This document shows positions 60,018 through 64,000 of a DNA stretch of 64,000 nucleotides, one piece after another; position 1 is the first letter of the stretch, and every line of letters starts with the position of its first letter. The notes under the pieces were generated by a model. That model saw nothing but the letters and a program-made list of their open reading frames with translations. It was not told the origin of the DNA and made no database searches. The translations under genes and the position numbers were made by a program. This DNA is from Carcharhinus amblyrhynchos. Its lineage: Eukaryota. The stretch lies in NCBI GenBank assembly GCA_965287045.1, contig OZ336898.1:26598001-26662000 (forward strand), written 5' to 3'.

Positions 60018-61120
60018 CTAAAACTTTAAAACATTATGTTGTCTGCTACTTTCTGCAGCATTTTCCATTGGGATGAAGACAGTGAACATGCTACACATAG
60101 CTCTGTGTATAACTAAAAACTAGTTAGTGTATAAGGGCTATTTGCACACTTTGCTGGTTCAGCTGTATGGTTCGGAAGGGGGATTCCGATATATTAAAGG
60201 CAGTATTCTCTGGCAAACTAAGCACGGGAACCTGGATGTCCAAAATGTAGATACAAGCCAATCTCAGAACAGATAAATTAGGCTGCACTACATGGGATAA
60301 AGCTCGGTACAGATTCAAGTGGAGAAGTCTGTTATCAGCCAACATTTGAGGAGAATGAGGTCAAATCCCTGCAAAGCCAGTGGCTTTGCCCACCCATTGA
60401 ACAATAACTTCAGACAGAAGAATTGCAATTGGATCTGTAAATGAAGGTGTGTGTTTTGGATGGAGAGAAGAGTCAAAACTAAATATCTCGATTTTCTAAC
60501 CGTCTGTCCATAAGCAGAGATATTTTCATTTTCGAAATGGGCTGATGCGTGCTTCGCCGAAACTTTGGTTTGTGATGTTAATTTTTAAGGTGATTCACAG
60601 CAAACTGAGTTAAATGAGAAGTACTGTTTACACATGTATATATCTGGGGGGACAGCTGTTTGCAACTTCATGCACATTCATAAGAGCACAGTAAGTGGGT
60701 AGGAAAGAGGAGCTTTTACAACAATGAATAACTTAAAGATAAAGAAGAAACAATATTGGTTTATGTTCACATGATTGCCTGAAAGTCAGAGTTCAGTAAG
60801 TGTTCCTTCATCAAGGAGCTATAATTCAGACAACGTCAACTTGCTGAAGCAGGAGTTGCAGAATTATTTTACAGTTGATGGTGACACAGCAAGATGGCAG
60901 CGTAATACTTGGTCTGCCTTGCAGGTGATGGTGGAGAAACAGGATTCACGGAGGCTTAGACTTGATGCAGATTGTTGGTCACCCTGCTTTGGTGTTTACA
61001 AGCTGAAGGTTAAACAGCAGACTGAACTAAAAATCTAGAAATGTCAATAAAACTTTGCAATGGATGGAAAATTAGGTCATGTAATATTGCCCATTTATGA
61101 ATCAGTTTCAGTGCCTCATT

Positions 61121-61253
61121 AAAGCAAATTAATGCAGATGCTGGAATCTGAAATCAAAGGAGAAAATACTGGGAAATCTCAACGGGTCTGGCAGCATCTG
61201 TAAGGGGAGAAAAGTGCTGATGGTTCGAGTCCAGATGACCCTTTGTCAAAGCT
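61121..61253 (-). mobile_element. Penelope-like pseudo-LTR fragment
   Basis: Minus strand AGCTTTGACAAAGGGTCATCTGGACTCGAACC..CAGATGCTGCCAGACC. Confidence 0.6.
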
Positions 61254-61659
61254 CAGTTTCAATGTCTCTTGGTTTTCAATGTCTTTTAATGTGAATTTCA
61301 CAGGAACAGTTGTCATGATCTCATTTCTAGGTTAACCTAATTGAGTTTAAAGAAAGGTAAGTCACTAGAAGCATCTCAAGCAGAACTTCAATTTTCTTCC
61401 CAATAATGAAGAGTGGAATTGAACAATGTAACATGTATCATTTTGTTCTGTGATCAGTTTGATGTTGATTATCTAAAGAATCAACATATCTTCTATGGGT
61501 GTTAGACAGAAAAATATAAACTGTTCTGATTTAAGCAACAATAAAGGTTAGTCAGATCCAATTTTCAAGACCAATGGTACAACAGGACCTGTAGATTTTG
61601 CTCAACATCAAAATTCATTGGGTCACTGATCAATTTTCCTCAGAATTAGTGAAGGATTC

Positions 61660-61893
61660 ATTGAATCCCTATGGTGCATTTGGCCCATCGAGTCTATACT
61701 GATCACAGTTCCATCCAGGCCCTATTCCCGTAACCCCACATATTCACCCTACTAATCCCCTGACACTAGGGTCAATTTATCATGGCCATTCAACCTAACT
61801 CACACAACCTAACTTTGGACTGTAGGAAGAAACTGGAGCACCAGGAGGAAACCCATACAGCCACAAGGAGAATGTGCAAAATATACACAGACA
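61660..61893 (-). mobile_element. HE1 SINE, head truncated
   Basis: Reverse complement V-domain and tail A. Confidence 0.8.
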
Positions 61894-62008
61894 GGATGTT
61901 TTAGCATTCATAATAAAGGCATTATTGAAATAAAACTATATTATTTGTCTCAAAGAAATAGCTGGGAAAAATTTCAAAAGAGAATACCAGCAAACTTGGG
62001 TCTTCAAA

Positions 62009-62364
62009 TGTCATGTTCAGGATACATCAGTTTTTTCCCCTCAGTACCAAGTTCCTCACTGTCATCCTTCACATAGTGATTGTGGTGTTTGTCTCATTAA
62101 GCCAGTCTGGCAGAAGAGGGTCACCTAACTTGTGGGATCAATGGGAACTGAGACTGAGTGATTGCCCCAAAGGATGGAGTCCTCTCTTGGGCAGAATACA
62201 TCCTGAAGCTATGTAGTAAGCATGTAAGAAGTAGAGCAGCTGGGACCTGTTGCTCCAAGGTAGCCAAAACTCCTGTATTTATGTTTCTTTTCATCAATAA
62301 ATACATTTTGTTTCTAAAAAAAGTCTCAAATCTCTTGACGACACCCAAGTGTCACGACATAACA
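62009..62364 (+). mobile_element. 5' LTR of a Gypsy-like retrotransposon
   Basis: TGTCATG...CATAACA termini, AATAAA at ~62296, followed by PBS. Confidence 0.7.
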
Positions 62365-62367
62365 CAT

Positions 62368-62384
62368 TGGCGACGAGGTGGATC
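62368..62384 (+). promoter_or_regulatory. Primer-binding site complementary to tRNA-Ser(GCT) 3' end
   Basis: TGGCGACGAGG is the reverse complement of CCTCGTCG-CCA; 3 nt after LTR end. Confidence 0.7.
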
Positions 62385-63064
62385 AATTGGATGAAATAGC
62401 CTACCTGTACCCAACTTAATTGAAGTTTGGAAAAGATGTATAGTCACCCGAGTGCTTGTTCTGGGTGGGTAGACCTAGCTTTAGAAATCATTTAAGAAAT
62501 CTCCCACCAGATAAAAAGAGAAGTTGAACAATTCAAAAAGGGCCCAGAAGCTGCAGGTTCCCGCTAATCTCTGCAAGCGTGAGAAAGCTCAGAGAGAAAG
62601 AAATAACAACTGCAGCAGCTTAAAAAAAAGTCGACAATCTGAAAGCAGTAATGCATTTAAAGTTCTACAGCATTTAGTGCAACAACCACAAGAAGGAATA
62701 AAGGACAAGGGACAAGAAAAGCAGATATGACCCGAGATAGAGGCTAACTCTTAAAAGGGAGTCTGTAAGCAAAGCAAGACCTCAGCAGAGGAAATAAAGA
62801 CCTCAAGGAAGAGGCAACACTTGGGCTTATAGGAGATAATGGGCCGTCAAGGCAGAGACAACACCAAACTCAGGGTAGACAGTAAAAGACCCTAAGGAAG
62901 GAGGCACTGAGAAACCCTGGAGTCGTCACTATGTTAACCTATCATTGATTGGTTCTAAGTCTCACAGAAGAAGAGATCATTAAATTATAATACGATATAA
63001 TGGATGTATTAGATGTCTGTTCCAATTCCAATTTCTTTCCCGCACTAGTGGTGCACTAAGGCAG

Positions 63065-63328
63065 ACTTTTGTCTGTTTCCATAGCTAATTATTTCTGGAA
63101 CAGGTCACCATCTTTTTCAGAAGCTAATGATTTGAGGGGCACTCTCCACATCAAGCTGCTCCAACCGTCAGCCATTGGCATGTTGGGAAGATCTGGCAGG
63201 TTGGCGCACAACCTGTTTGATAACATGAACACACCTTCCTTGACCATCAAGTCTTGGGGGTGGGATTCCCACCCAAAGCTTCTGGCTCAGAGGCAAGGAC
63301 GCTAACACCATTAACGCCACAGGACCTC
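63065..63328 (-). mobile_element. tRNA-derived SINE (third family)
   Basis: Minus-strand head GAGGTCCTGTGGCG..TGG..GCCTCTGAGCCAGAAGCT..GAATCCCAC. Confidence 0.5.
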
Positions 63329-64000
63329 CATTTTAGAGATCTGTCCATGTGTGTAATGAAAAACACCCAATATCACACAGACAGAAAATACAAACCTTCT
63401 TTTCCCCGAACACAAATTGATAGTGCAGCATTTAAAATATGCATAGGAATACTTTCAGTGTTGATATCTAATCTCAGGATTCAGGTTGTGGTAAATTCCT
63501 AGCGCTTTGATCTTGTGCTCTACTCTCAATGTCACAACAGGTCTGATACCACTTGTATGCATTCTAAGCTGAATACTGTGGAAAAATAAATTGATAGCAT
63601 GGGTCAATAATGGAATTGCTGGGGTCACTTAACACTGGAGTTTCATTCACGCAGTTGGCTATCAGGCCCAATGAATAGAATTTTTAACATGCACCTCACT
63701 GAATACAACTCTTACCTTAGAACGGCAAAGGATATCTATCCCAGAGATACAGTGACCTCTCAGCTTTAATTGCAAAACTCACCTTGACTGATTCAGAACA
63801 CTTGAACCCTATTATACCAATGTAACATTCTTGGTATCTTCTGTTATTGCCTGTCAGCTTATGTGGCTTATTAATATGAACAGTTAATCAAAATCACCCA
63901 AGATAAATGCAAACCAACTCTATTAAAGCTGCCGAGAATTTTCCAGAGATACTCAAATTTCCCATGGTGTAGAATTCCAAAATAGAAACACACACAACAA

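Overview
Eukaryotic (vertebrate) non-coding DNA, almost certainly from a shark. This is inferred from about 30 copies of the elasmobranch HE1/V-SINE, SacSINE1-like DeuSINEs and CR1/HER1-type LINE 3' ends. No host protein-coding exon could be identified. The recognisable ORFs are retroelement or transposon fragments (CR1, Rex1/Babar, Tx1, L2, Harbinger Myb/SANT), and the rest look like chance frames. Roughly half of the window is nested mobile DNA. The most notable patterns are: (i) Tx1-type LINE 3' ends sit at the same nucleotide position in two independent copies of a small LTR family, suggesting target-specific insertion into an LTR; (ii) one of those inserts is a tRNA-Ile(AAT)-derived/Tx1 chimera; (iii) two V-SINE subfamilies share a head but have swapped 3' tails (CR1-type vs Rex1-type stem-loop); (iv) a near-intact minimal hammerhead ribozyme core lies in a Penelope-like repeat; (v) there is a GGGC-terminal MITE family plus a decayed two-exon Harbinger Myb/SANT gene; (vi) TE-free islands rich in TGACA/TAAT motifs are candidate enhancers. 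Family names come from recall and reading by eye, not database searches, and boundaries are approximate unless a TSD is quoted.
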